From Lentisphaeria bacterium (lineage in GTDB: Bacteria; Verrucomicrobiota; Lentisphaeria; JABSQK01; JAWLHB01): 64,000 nucleotides of DNA. The notes under the pieces were generated by a model. The model was not told the DNA's origin, ran no database searches, and worked only from the letters and a program-made list of their open reading frames with translations. The DNA is taken from NCBI GenBank assembly GCA_041690595.1, contig JAWLHB010000003.1, positions 124,001-188,000 on the forward strand, read 5' to 3'. This document shows, piece after piece, positions 10,382 to 19,500 of the stretch. The translations under genes were made by a program, and so were the position numbers. Position 1 is the stretch's first letter. Each line of letters starts with the position of its first letter.

Positions 10382-10781
10382 AGCACCACCCAACGTCGTC
10401 TGCCTCCAGCGCGCTCCCCGGAATGAGGAGCGACCGCGGGACGCCACCGACACACGCCGCACTCCCGCACATTCGCGGAACATCCTCTGCGCCAGTTGTC
10501 TCCATCAGGTGACTACCCGCGATCAGCGCACCGAGCGCGGCGGCAGCTTCATGCATCACGTTACCAATCCGCTGGGAGTTCACTTTCACATTGGCTGTTT
10601 CGTCGGCGCTCCAGGATGCCGCCTCGACGGACAGGCCACCCCGGAATGGTCCTGGTTCCCCGGTTACAGCTGGTCGTTGGCTCTCTGCGGCAGTTGCGGC
10701 ATCCAACTCGGCTGGCATTATTCCGGCGCCGACACCTTCTACGGACTCATCCTCTCCAGGCTCGTCAACGCCCCCACGTGA
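10353..10781 (+). CDS. Cereblon-like single-domain protein (CULT / thalidomide-binding domain)
   Basis: CASC and CGSC zinc pairs, TNPLG, SWFPGYSW, LGWHY, FYGLI. Confidence 0.9.
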   Translation: MIPSAYLLLEAPPNVVCLQRAPRNEERPRDATDTRRTPAHSRNILCASCLHQVTTRDQRTERGGSFMHHVTNPLGVHFHIGCFVGAPGCRLDGQATPEWSWFPGYSWSLALCGSCGIQLGWHYSGADTFYGLILSRLVNAPT

Positions 10782-12190
10782 GCTTCAGGGAAGAGACTTT
10801 CCAGGTAGGCCATCCCATCCTCCTCTCGCATCCGCAGCATCCCCATCCCATAGGCCAGGTTGCCGTGGGTCACGACCACGTAGCCGGTCCCCGTGCAACT
10901 GGACGCCTGTTCAGGACGCAACACCACATCTTCCCGCCCAACATACGAGACCGCCTGCTCCTCATCGAGCTCAAGCCGGTTCTGGCCGGCTTCCAGGCCG
11001 ATGCGTTGCGCCACGGCCGTCGTCAACTTCGGGAAGCGCCCCTTGCGACGCAACAGCAGAATACCCGCACTGATCGCCAGGGGAAACTCCGGCGGCGTCA
11101 ACTCCGCCGACACCAGCGCCAGAAACTTGCGGTTCGGACTGACAACGGTATGCCGCGTGAAAAGCTCCGGCGGAAAGGACAGCCGCTCCTGCAACGGCGC
11201 CAGCCACCGGTCCGCATCCTCGGCACGTACCATCGGCTGAGGGGTCGCGGCAGCCGCACTGCTCGGCGCCAGCTTCTCCAACACCGCCACGAAGAAGCCG
11301 CCGGTATCGTTGTGGTGCGGCCAGAGACGCATGGTTCCGGCCAGCTCCGGCGGCAGCGTCTGCCCCTGCCAGGCCGTCAGCCCATCCACCACCTTCAAGC
11401 CCCGCGGACGCAGTGGCAGGATACGAAAGCTATCGTCGCCGAACTCCGCCAGCGCCCGCGCAATCACCAGCTCGTTCTCCTCGGGAGCATATGTGCAGGT
11501 CGAATAGACAACCCGACCGCCCGACCGGCAGACCGCCAGCGCCCGACGCAGGATCGCCAGTTGCAGCTCCTGCAGCCTCACGGAAGTCGCCACCCCCTCG
11601 TACCGTTCCGCGGCTTCAGACTTGCGGCTCGTGCCCAGACAGCTGCACGGCACGTCCGCCAGCACACGATCGAAGCTTCCGGCCCGATTTGGCCAATGGG
11701 CCGCGTTGTGCCGGGTCAGCACCACGTTGACCAGCCCCAACCGATCCAGGTGTGCCCGAATCGCTCGCACCCGCTGATAACTGACATCGTTGGCCACCAC
11801 GGTTCCCCTTCCCTTCATGGCCAGCGCCAGGTGCACCGTCTTGCTGCCGGGAGCGGCACATAGATCGAGCACCCGTTCCCCCGGTTGCGCATCCAGCAGC
11901 AGCGTCGGCAACAGCGAGGCCTCCTCCTGCATCTGGCACAGCCCCAGCACGTAGTCGATCTGTCTGCCTAACTGCACCTCAGACGCAAGCAGCCGCAGCG
12001 CGCCCGGGCGCCATCCCAGCGGGCGCGTCACGATCCCCTGCCCCGCCAGCCGCTGCTCCAGCGCCTCGGCGCTGATTCGGCTTTCATTCGCCAGCAGGCT
12101 GCTCGGCAGCGGTCGCTCCAGCGCCTCGGCAAAGGCGCTCCAATCATCGATGATGGGCCGAAAACGCTCCAGGGCAGCTGGCGGCCTCAT
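10739..12190 (-). CDS. RsmB/RsmF/NOP2-family SAM-dependent RNA m5C methyltransferase
   Basis: QEEASLLP, VLDLCAAPGSKT, DVPCS, VYSTCT, PEENE, GGFFVA. Confidence 0.92.
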   Translation of the reverse strand: MRPPAALERFRPIIDDWSAFAEALERPLPSSLLANESRISAEALEQRLAGQGIVTRPLGWRPGALRLLASEVQLGRQIDYVLGLCQMQEEASLLPTLLLDAQPGERVLDLCAAPGSKTVHLALAMKGRGTVVANDVSYQRVRAIRAHLDRLGLVNVVLTRHNAAHWPNRAGSFDRVLADVPCSCLGTSRKSEAAERYEGVATSVRLQELQLAILRRALAVCRSGGRVVYSTCTYAPEENELVIARALAEFGDDSFRILPLRPRGLKVVDGLTAWQGQTLPPELAGTMRLWPHHNDTGGFFVAVLEKLAPSSAAAATPQPMVRAEDADRWLAPLQERLSFPPELFTRHTVVSPNRKFLALVSAELTPPEFPLAISAGILLLRRKGRFPKLTTAVAQRIGLEAGQNRLELDEEQAVSYVGREDVVLRPEQASSCTGTGYVVVTHGNLAYGMGMLRMREEDGMAYLESLFPEAHVGALTSLERMSP

Positions 12191-13077
12191 AAAGCATCCA
12201 GCGCGCGCCGCAGATCCTCGCCCCCGAACAGATACGCCTCATTGCAGAAGTGGCAGCGGATCGTAATCGTCTCTCCGTCAACGATTGCCTGACGCAGCTC
12301 CGCCTCCCCCATGGCCTGAAGCACGCGCAAGGTCTTCTCCCGGCTGCAACCGCAATCATAGGTCGGCCCTTCACACTCATGCACGGTGGGCGGGGACGCG
12401 GTCTCGCCGCTGAGCGTCTCAAGCGCCTGAACGAGCCGCTCGATGTGGTTGTCCGCGCTCGGCGGCGTCGCCAGCAAGGCACGGAAGCTCTCTTCCTGCA
12501 TCGCCCGTCTCAGGCGATCGAAACGCTCCAGATTGCAGCCGGGCAACGCCTGCAGCAACATCCCCTGGCACAGGGAGACCGGCTTCTCCACATCCGGTGA
12601 AAAGCCGATCAGCACCGTCATCCCCGTCTCGTTTTGGTCGGACGTCGAAAAGAAGAAGGCGAGATCTTCGACGACATCGAGCAATCCCGCCGCAACGGTC
12701 CCGGTATTGAGCTGCCGTGTCGGCAACGAGCGGATGACGCTGACCGTCCCCTCCGTCCCATAAATCTGGCTTTCGTTTTCGATCTTGTCGATCAGGTGCG
12801 GCTCGCCGATCAGGCAACGCGCATCCGCGGCGGCTCCCAACTCCACGATGATGTTCCGGAAAGCCCCGTTATAGCGCCAGTACAGAGAGAAGCGCTCATC
12901 CTCACTCAGCAAGGGCGCAGCCAGCACCCCAGCCGTCAACGCCCGGCAGAGCAGATGAGCCGCTACCGGGTCACACTCATGCACGAGAACCGCATGATTG
13001 GAGATCCCGGTCGTCAGCGCATACGAGAAGCGGATGTCCTGCCCAGCCAGCAGGCCGCGATAAAGAAAGTCGTTCAC
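12187..13077 (-). CDS. hslO: Hsp33 redox-regulated chaperone
   Basis: C-terminal CGCSREK...CHFC zinc switch, GMLLQALPG; GTG start overlaps the upstream stop (GTGA). Confidence 0.88.
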   Translation of the reverse strand: MNDFLYRGLLAGQDIRFSYALTTGISNHAVLVHECDPVAAHLLCRALTAGVLAAPLLSEDERFSLYWRYNGAFRNIIVELGAAADARCLIGEPHLIDKIENESQIYGTEGTVSVIRSLPTRQLNTGTVAAGLLDVVEDLAFFFSTSDQNETGMTVLIGFSPDVEKPVSLCQGMLLQALPGCNLERFDRLRRAMQEESFRALLATPPSADNHIERLVQALETLSGETASPPTVHECEGPTYDCGCSREKTLRVLQAMGEAELRQAIVDGETITIRCHFCNEAYLFGGEDLRRALDAL

Positions 13078-13676
13078 GATGAAAAAGAAAGCCTGCTTGG
13101 GGTGAGCGGAATATCCAGTTCGGGCAACGGTTGTCCAGTGCAATCGCTGAAGGCGCGCCAGGCGCGCTGATCGGAGGCATCACGAAGGCGCGGTCGGAAG
13201 CCGGCACTCAGGTATAACCGGATGGCGGGAATGCGCGCCGTATCGGTACTCAGGTATACCCGGTCGTGCCGCAACTGGTGCAGCCGCCGCAGGACCGTCA
13301 TCAGCAAAGCCTTGCCCAGGCCCATCGCCTGGTACTCTGGCGCCAGCGCGATCCAGTGCACGCGACCGTAGCGCTGCCCCTCGAAGCATGGGTTGAACCA
13401 CGCGGTCGCCGTGCCGATCGGGCTCCCTCCCGGTGCGCACAAATAGTACTGGCGTTCCGCGAGCAGACGATCGGTCAGCCCGAACGACTGCTCGAAGTGC
13501 CACTGGCTCACCTCCTGCAATTCATCCGCCAACTGATGGATGCGCACCCAGTCGGCGCTGTCCCCGGGACGATAGCGACGCATGCTGAAACCGGCCGGCA
13601 ATGGCGCCGCCCCCTGACAAGCCGGCAACGGATCCAAAACCATCCGCACTGGAAAATGTACAGTTTGACAGATCAT
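13074..13676 (-). CDS. GNAT family N-acetyltransferase
   Basis: VHWIALAPEYQAMGLGKAL acetyl-CoA motif, AIRLYLSAGF; ATGA overlap with nagB stop. Confidence 0.85.
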   Translation of the reverse strand: MICQTVHFPVRMVLDPLPACQGAAPLPAGFSMRRYRPGDSADWVRIHQLADELQEVSQWHFEQSFGLTDRLLAERQYYLCAPGGSPIGTATAWFNPCFEGQRYGRVHWIALAPEYQAMGLGKALLMTVLRRLHQLRHDRVYLSTDTARIPAIRLYLSAGFRPRLRDASDQRAWRAFSDCTGQPLPELDIPLTPSRLSFSS

Positions 13677-14464
13677 TCGTCCTGATACTCTTCCCATTCC
13701 GGCTCGTTGTCGAAGATCCACCGATAATACTCTTTCTCCTCCAGGCGCGATGCCGCCCCCTCATCCACGATCACCGTGCAATGCGTGTGCAACTGCAGTG
13801 CGCTCGCCGAGATCATCGAGGTGATTGGACCCTCCACTGCCTTGGCCAGAACTTCCGCTTTCGATTCGCCCGTTACCACCAGCAGAATCCGCTCCGCCTC
13901 CAGGATCGTTCCAACCCCCATCGTCAGCGCCCGCGTGGGCATTGTCGAGGGCGGGTCGAACAAAGGGCCGTTCTGCTCGATCGTCATTGGCGTCAACGCC
14001 TTCTGACGCGTGCGCGAACGCAACGCGGAAAGCGGCTCGTTGAAGCCGATATGCCCCGAACGGCCGATCCCCAACAACTGCAGGTCGATCCCCCCGAATT
14101 CTCGGATCGTCTCTTCATAGCGGATGCACGCCGCCGCCAGGTCGCTCGCCATGCCATCCGGCAGATAAGTATTCCGCTTGTCGATGTTCACCAGATTGAA
14201 GAGGTGATGATTCATGTAGTAGCGGTAAGAATGGCGATCCGTTACTGGCAACCCTACATACTCATCAAGATTGAAGGTCCGGCAGAGGGAAAAATCCAGT
14301 GCCTCCTCGCGGTGCTGCTTCACCATATAGTAATAGATGCGTTCCATCGTGCGGCCGGTGGCCAGCCCCATTACCAAGTGAGGCTTCTCGCGAATGGCCT
14401 TGCCGATCAGCTTCGCGGCAAGATGTTCAGCAGAGTCTTTGGTCGGGCGAATGATGACTTCCAT
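13673..14464 (-). CDS. nagB: Glucosamine-6-phosphate deaminase
   Basis: MGLATGRT, TFNLDEYVGL, GGIDLQLLGIGRSGHIGFNEP, ALTMGVGTI, ASALQLH. Confidence 0.96.
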   Translation of the reverse strand: MEVIIRPTKDSAEHLAAKLIGKAIREKPHLVMGLATGRTMERIYYYMVKQHREEALDFSLCRTFNLDEYVGLPVTDRHSYRYYMNHHLFNLVNIDKRNTYLPDGMASDLAAACIRYEETIREFGGIDLQLLGIGRSGHIGFNEPLSALRSRTRQKALTPMTIEQNGPLFDPPSTMPTRALTMGVGTILEAERILLVVTGESKAEVLAKAVEGPITSMISASALQLHTHCTVIVDEGAASRLEEKEYYRWIFDNEPEWEEYQDE

Positions 14465-14506
14465 GGGCTCTCGATCGGTCTGAAGGTTGGCTCTAGGGCA
14501 AAAGGC

Positions 14507-14515
14507 AATATAGCA
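14507..14515 (-). promoter_or_regulatory. Possible extended -10 promoter (TGcTATATT) for the nagB operon
   Basis: Motif lies about 43 bp upstream of the nagB ATG; no clear -35. Confidence 0.35.
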
Positions 14516-14775
14516 CACCATCCCCTCTGCGTGCGCCGCTCCCACACCTTTTTTGCCACCCCGAAACCGAATCGAACTTCCCAAAAATCAAGACTGATCC
14601 CCCATGGCCAGAAGAGGCACTGGACCAGCCCAACGCCAGCGCGTGCGCTCCAACCGGGGGTGACCAAACCGCCAAACGCGGAGAAACTCCCACCGCGCGA
14701 CAGTCACCGTTCATCACCTGATCTAACCGGATCGTGCTCTGCAAACCTGCACATGAAAAGACCATTATCAAGGAA

Positions 14776-15351
14776 TCAGGAACTCCATTGATTGAAACAT
14801 TCTTCAAGGAGCATGGGCACTTCTCCATTCCACTTCCAGAGGTGATCGCCGCCGCGACCGAAAAGAGGACCACAAACCGTGCCCTCCCTGTGGAGCCAGT
14901 AATTCTCTCCCTCCAAGAGAGGGTACCTTGCCGCACGTTGCAGCGTTACTGCATCGAGGGCGGCAAAGAAAGACCAGGTATGAACATGCCACCGAAAGTC
15001 AATGTCAGGATGGCTTGTGGCCCAACTCGAGAACTCATCGGCATACATGAAGGCCATGGTGGATATCGAGCCCGCCAGAATCTCGTTGGCCGCGATCAAA
15101 CCTGCTTCCTCGGACGTGAATATGACAAATGGCTCCTTCTCCCAGCCTTGGTGTGCAGCCAACACCGATCGCTCCTGCAAGAGGCGAGGGCCGTAAGTAT
15201 TCAGCCATCCGATCAGGCTGCCCCCAATGATGCGACACTGCATCTCCTCGACCAACGAGAGAGAGTCACGGCAAGCAAAGGACCGATGTCTCCGGCATTC
15301 CGACACGTGCGACTTCAGGTCGTCAAACCATTTGGTTCCTGCTTCGTTCAT
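14776..15351 (-). CDS. Hypothetical protein (191 aa, Trp-rich)
   Basis: ATGA overlap with the sulfatase stop; no recognisable motif. Confidence 0.55.
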   Translation of the reverse strand: MNEAGTKWFDDLKSHVSECRRHRSFACRDSLSLVEEMQCRIIGGSLIGWLNTYGPRLLQERSVLAAHQGWEKEPFVIFTSEEAGLIAANEILAGSISTMAFMYADEFSSWATSHPDIDFRWHVHTWSFFAALDAVTLQRAARYPLLEGENYWLHREGTVCGPLFGRGGDHLWKWNGEVPMLLEECFNQWSS

Positions 15352-16832
15352 CTTGACGCCTCAGCGTCCGCGGTATATTGCGTGGTTTGGCTCGCTGACC
15401 GACGCGTTGGCGGGGCTCCCTTCTCATACTTATCCCAGAATCCTCCCGGAACGACAGGGTCGGCATACGCGTCCCGCATGCGGTAAAGCAACGCCTCCAA
15501 GCGCTTGATAGTGTCAGCGTGAGCTGGATCGTCTGCGAGATTGTCACGTTCCATGGGGTCTTCCGTCATGTCGAAAAGGAACTTATGTAGTATGATCGCG
15601 TCGTTCGCCTCATCCTTCCCTGTGTAGATCAGGAAACGATAGCGGCCATCGTAGACCGCCCGCCAGTTCTGGACATAGGCATGATAGAGCGCCTCTCTGC
15701 CCGATTTCTCGCATTCCTGCAGCATCGGCATCAGGCTGCGGCCCTCTATGGAATCCGGCGGCTTCAGGCCCGTAAGGTCGCAAAGGGTGGGGAAAAGGTC
15801 GTACAGATAGATCATGCTGTCGCGGGCCTGTCCGCGGGGGATGCCCGGTCCTGCCATGATCAGCGGCACATGCGCGTCATGGTCATGGGAGGTTTGCTTG
15901 TGGTAACAACCATGCCTCCCCATGGCGATGCCGTTATCGCTGGCGAAGACAACTATCGTGTTGCTCCACTCGCCAGTCTTCTCGAGCCGGTGCCGGATGC
16001 GTCCGACTTGCTCATCCAGATGCGTAATCATCGCGTAGTACCCGGCTACCAACGTGCGCATGTCTGCCTCCACGATGGGCCACTTGTGGTACCTTACCAC
16101 CGCATCGGCCTCGCATTCATCACAGCTTTGCATCGGCCGCACATGATCGCCGTCTGGACTGACATCAACAGGGTGCGATGGCTGAAATGTAGGATGCAAT
16201 CGAATCGAATCCGGATCGTAAAGGGACATGCACTCCTTCGGGGCCATGATCGGATCGTGCGGCACGGTGTAGGCGAGGTACGCAAAAAATGGTGCATCCC
16301 GACGATCCTGCTCCAGAAAGTCCAACGCTGCATCGGTAAACATCTCGCTGGAGTACTGGGGCACGACTCTGCCCTGTTGCTGATCGTACTGACCAGTCGG
16401 ATCGAAATCATGGACTTTCAAGTGCATATGATGGCCCATGCCAGCAAAGAGCAGCTTTCCCGCATCCGTGAAGCCCCGGCAGACCGCCCCGGCGCCATTG
16501 TGTTGCTTTCCTGTAGCGAACGTTCGGTATCCGGCCTTCCGAAAGGTCTCGGCCATCGTCTCGACCTCTGCCGGTATCCGACCGCATGAATCACAGCCCG
16601 TACGGTATAGAGATCTGCCCGTGTGGATCATGGCCCGGCTGGGACAGCAGACGGCTGGCTGGTTACCGCCCATGATATACGCCCGCGAGAACGTTACCCC
16701 TTCTGTGACGAGCCGATCGAGCTCGGGCGTGTGGACCTGGTCATTGCCAAGAGCCCCGATGGCGTCGAATTGCTGATCATCGGTGAGGATGAACAACACA
16801 TTGATCCTTCTTTGTGTCTGCATATCGCACAT
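15348..16832 (-). CDS. Cys-type sulfatase (S1, choline/arylsulfatase-like), no signal peptide
   Basis: NVLFILTDDQ, VCCPSRAMIHTG (CxPxR), TGKQH, PHDP, ASDNG, HVPLIMAGPGI, DPMERDNLA. Confidence 0.93.
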   Translation of the reverse strand: MCDMQTQRRINVLFILTDDQQFDAIGALGNDQVHTPELDRLVTEGVTFSRAYIMGGNQPAVCCPSRAMIHTGRSLYRTGCDSCGRIPAEVETMAETFRKAGYRTFATGKQHNGAGAVCRGFTDAGKLLFAGMGHHMHLKVHDFDPTGQYDQQQGRVVPQYSSEMFTDAALDFLEQDRRDAPFFAYLAYTVPHDPIMAPKECMSLYDPDSIRLHPTFQPSHPVDVSPDGDHVRPMQSCDECEADAVVRYHKWPIVEADMRTLVAGYYAMITHLDEQVGRIRHRLEKTGEWSNTIVVFASDNGIAMGRHGCYHKQTSHDHDAHVPLIMAGPGIPRGQARDSMIYLYDLFPTLCDLTGLKPPDSIEGRSLMPMLQECEKSGREALYHAYVQNWRAVYDGRYRFLIYTGKDEANDAIILHKFLFDMTEDPMERDNLADDPAHADTIKRLEALLYRMRDAYADPVVPGGFWDKYEKGAPPTRRSASQTTQYTADAEASR

Positions 16833-16881
16833 AAACCATCGAGTCTCGCGCTCAACAGCTCGAGTTGCCCGACCCGAGAGT

Positions 16882-16919
16882 TTTCCCCCGGCGCCGGGGT
16901 GGTCCGGAGCCGGGGGAAA
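16882..16919. other. Strong GC-rich hairpin just downstream of the Gfo/Idh/MocA stop
   Basis: TTTCCCCCGGC-G-CCGG-GGTGGT-CCGG-A-GCCGGGGGAAA; no U-tract follows on the minus strand, so it may stabilise mRNA rather than terminate. Confidence 0.65.
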
Positions 16920-16925
16920 GGATCT

Positions 16926-17987
16926 TCAGGCGTGATATTCGCAAGTGCTTTCAGGGAAGGAAAGGATGTGATCCTTCACCACCTTCTTGCGCAACTCGGC
17001 GATCTCGTCCATGCCACTGGTGAGGGGAAGCTTAACCTGTCCACCTTCAAGAACCGACCGATAGAGGCCAGCCATAATCTCGAAGCCGGCAAAGGCGTTG
17101 GCAAAGGCGCAGGGATGCGCACTGCCGCCATCGAGCCATTCCGCCATCTCCTGGATGTACTGCGGCATATCCTGATCGTAATCCATCTTGCCGGGCCCTT
17201 CCTCGTAGCCACGGCTCTTGGTGACGGCACGCCATCCCCCGCCGGTCAGAACCTCGGCAAAACCTTCGGTGCCCTGCGCGCCAATGCGATTCTTGTGGAA
17301 CCACTTGCCCACTTCCGGCACGTCCGGCGCTCCGCAGCCGACTTCGATGCTGCCGTGTACGCCGTTGGCGTAGTGGATGAAGCCCGCAACATAGTCCGGC
17401 GAGGCATGAATGTCGGCCAGCTTCTCCTGCCCCGCCGCCTGCGCAATCACCCATTCGGCCCGTTCATAACCGTTGTACCAGGTCGCGTAATCGATCATAT
17501 GACTCATCATGTGAGCTGCCCAACCCACCGCGCTGGCGTAGACGGTGTTGAGCCGGCCAAGGGCGCCGCTGGCGATCAGCTCTTTGACCGCCTGGTAATG
17601 GGGGCCATAGCGATGCTGATGGCTCACCACTGCTTTGACACCCGCTGCATCGAGCATCGCCTTTACCTTCAGGCCCTCAGCGCTGCTGAGCGCAATCGGC
17701 TTCTCGAAGGCAATCAGCTTGGCGCCGGATTCAATGCCGAGCTGAACCATCTCCGCCCGTAGATTGGGCAGGGTGCAGAAACAGAAAACATCGGGCTTGA
17801 TCGAACCGGCCAGAGCGGCCGCATTGGTGCTGATCTCCGGATTACCGAGACCCGCCGCCGCCTTCTGCAGGCGGCCCTCGTCGATGTCGCAGATGCCCGC
17901 GACCTCGAAGTTGGGGTTCGCATGGAAATGCGCGGCATGATGTCCACCGCGCTTGCCCATGCCGACAACAACGACTTTGTAAGCCAT
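16926..17987 (-). CDS. Gfo/Idh/MocA family NAD-dependent oxidoreductase
   Basis: VVVVGMGKRG Rossmann motif, AFEKPIA, VSHQHRY, ASGALG. Confidence 0.9.
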   Translation of the reverse strand: MAYKVVVVGMGKRGGHHAAHFHANPNFEVAGICDIDEGRLQKAAAGLGNPEISTNAAALAGSIKPDVFCFCTLPNLRAEMVQLGIESGAKLIAFEKPIALSSAEGLKVKAMLDAAGVKAVVSHQHRYGPHYQAVKELIASGALGRLNTVYASAVGWAAHMMSHMIDYATWYNGYERAEWVIAQAAGQEKLADIHASPDYVAGFIHYANGVHGSIEVGCGAPDVPEVGKWFHKNRIGAQGTEGFAEVLTGGGWRAVTKSRGYEEGPGKMDYDQDMPQYIQEMAEWLDGGSAHPCAFANAFAGFEIMAGLYRSVLEGGQVKLPLTSGMDEIAELRKKVVKDHILSFPESTCEYHA

Positions 17988-18025
17988 GGTAGCAAGACTC
18001 CCGAGCGTTAGGTCAGAAAGTTGGT

Positions 18026-18059
18026 AAAAAAAAGCCCGCGGCCCGATGGACCGCGGGCT
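18026..18059 (-). terminator. Rho-independent terminator after the DegT gene
   Basis: Minus strand: AGCCCGCGG-TCCATCGGG-CCGCGGGCT running into a T8 tract, 9 bp after the stop. Confidence 0.85.
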
Positions 18060-18068
18060 GGTAAACTA

Positions 18069-19214
18069 TCAGCCGCAGCAGCACTTGGGACCGCAGTTCG
18101 CCTTGTCCCACTCGAGAACCTTCTCGATGGTGTAGGCGACCTGCTCTTCGGTCAGTTCCGGGAACATGGGCAGGCTGACGCAGGAGGCGGCATTGCGCTC
18201 CGCGTTGCTCAGATCGCCGGCGATCCGACAAGACTTGCCCCACGGGAAGCCTTCCTGCTTGTGAATGGCGATCGAGTAATGCGTCTTCGCATCCACCCCG
18301 TTCTCCACCAGGAACTTCACCAGCGCATCGCGACATTCGGGCTTCTTCGTCTCGATGACATAGAGGTGGTAGACGTGGCGATAGCCGGGCGTGGCGTACG
18401 GCAGCGTCACGTTCTTGACTCCTGCCAGCCCCGCATCGTACTGGGCTGCATGCTTGCGGCGAAGGTCGTTCCATTTGTCGATGTGCTTCAGCTTCGCGCT
18501 CAACACCCCGGCATGGATATCGTCAAGGCGGCTGTTGAAGCCGAAACTGTGGTGATCGCGCTGCAGCGAACCGTGGTTGCGCAGCTTGCGCACGATCTGA
18601 TCCACTTCCGGATTGTTCGTCACGACCGCGCCGCCGTCACCGAAGGTACCCAGATTCTTCTGGATGATGAAGGACGTCGTCGTCGCATCGCTCAGCTCGG
18701 CAACCTTGAAGCCGTCGCCCGCGGAACCGACCGACTGGGCATTGTCTTCCACCATAACCAGATTGTGCTTCTTCGCAATCGCCTGGAGCGCCTTCATGTC
18801 CGCGGTCTGACCATACAGATGAACCGGGACGATGGCCTTGGTCTTGGGGGTGATGGCCGCCTCGGCCGCCTTCGGGCAGATGCACTTCGTCTTCGGGTCG
18901 CAATCGACCAGAACGGCGGTCGCACCGGTCGTCCAGATGGCTTCGGCCGTGGCAAAGAAGGTATTCGCATTGGTGATGACTTCATCACCTTGGCCAATCC
19001 CCAGTGCCATCAGCGACAGCCAGATAGCATCCGTGCCATTACCCACACCAACGCAGTACTTGGTCCCGCTGTAGGCAGCAAATTCCTGCTCGAACTGCTT
19101 CAACATCGGTCCCATGACGTAGTTGCCGCTCTCGAGCACCGTCTGCATGTTCGCGTCGATCTCGGCCTTGATATTGTGATACTGCTGGACGTGTCCGTAG
19201 AAGGGTACCTTCAT
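18069..19214 (-). CDS. DegT/DnrJ/EryC1/StrS PLP-dependent sugar aminotransferase
   Basis: VGNGTDAI, TFFATAEAI, PVHLYGQ, EDNAQ, SFIIQKNLGTFGDGG (PLP Lys), GFNSRLD, SLPMFPEL. Confidence 0.94.
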   Translation of the reverse strand: MKVPFYGHVQQYHNIKAEIDANMQTVLESGNYVMGPMLKQFEQEFAAYSGTKYCVGVGNGTDAIWLSLMALGIGQGDEVITNANTFFATAEAIWTTGATAVLVDCDPKTKCICPKAAEAAITPKTKAIVPVHLYGQTADMKALQAIAKKHNLVMVEDNAQSVGSAGDGFKVAELSDATTTSFIIQKNLGTFGDGGAVVTNNPEVDQIVRKLRNHGSLQRDHHSFGFNSRLDDIHAGVLSAKLKHIDKWNDLRRKHAAQYDAGLAGVKNVTLPYATPGYRHVYHLYVIETKKPECRDALVKFLVENGVDAKTHYSIAIHKQEGFPWGKSCRIAGDLSNAERNAASCVSLPMFPELTEEQVAYTIEKVLEWDKANCGPKCCCG

Positions 19215-19279
19215 CTGCGATCTCCATAGACTAAGTAGGTGGGAAATGGACGATTCCGTTGATCTTACCACACATGAGC

Positions 19280-19297
19280 TGCGAAAACGCTTACGCA
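19280..19297. promoter_or_regulatory. LacI-type palindromic operator candidate TGCGAAAACGCTTACGCA
   Basis: 14/18 self-complementary with central CG; TGCGAAAACGC recurs at 19431-19441 in the same divergent region. Confidence 0.5.
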
Positions 19298-19500
19298 CTT
19301 TGAAACCGAAACTCCCCGCGCCCCACGCCTCCGCCGCTTGTGTGACTGTGCACAATAGAGGGAAGTAGCCCTTTTTCAAGGGCAGATGCATCAACGTGCC
19401 GCCATAAAGAGCTTTCGAACGGACTCGAATTGCGAAAACGCCCTTGCTTTTCATCACCAACTATGCTAACTCTATGAGCAGGTATAGATGGAGAATAGAA

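Noticed and set aside
15350..15412. attC-like hairpin (TCAGCG...CGCTGA) between sulfatase and orphan ORF
   Set aside because: Core sites deviate from RYYYAAC/GTTRRRY, spacing is wrong, it lies inside the sulfatase CDS, and no integrase is present.
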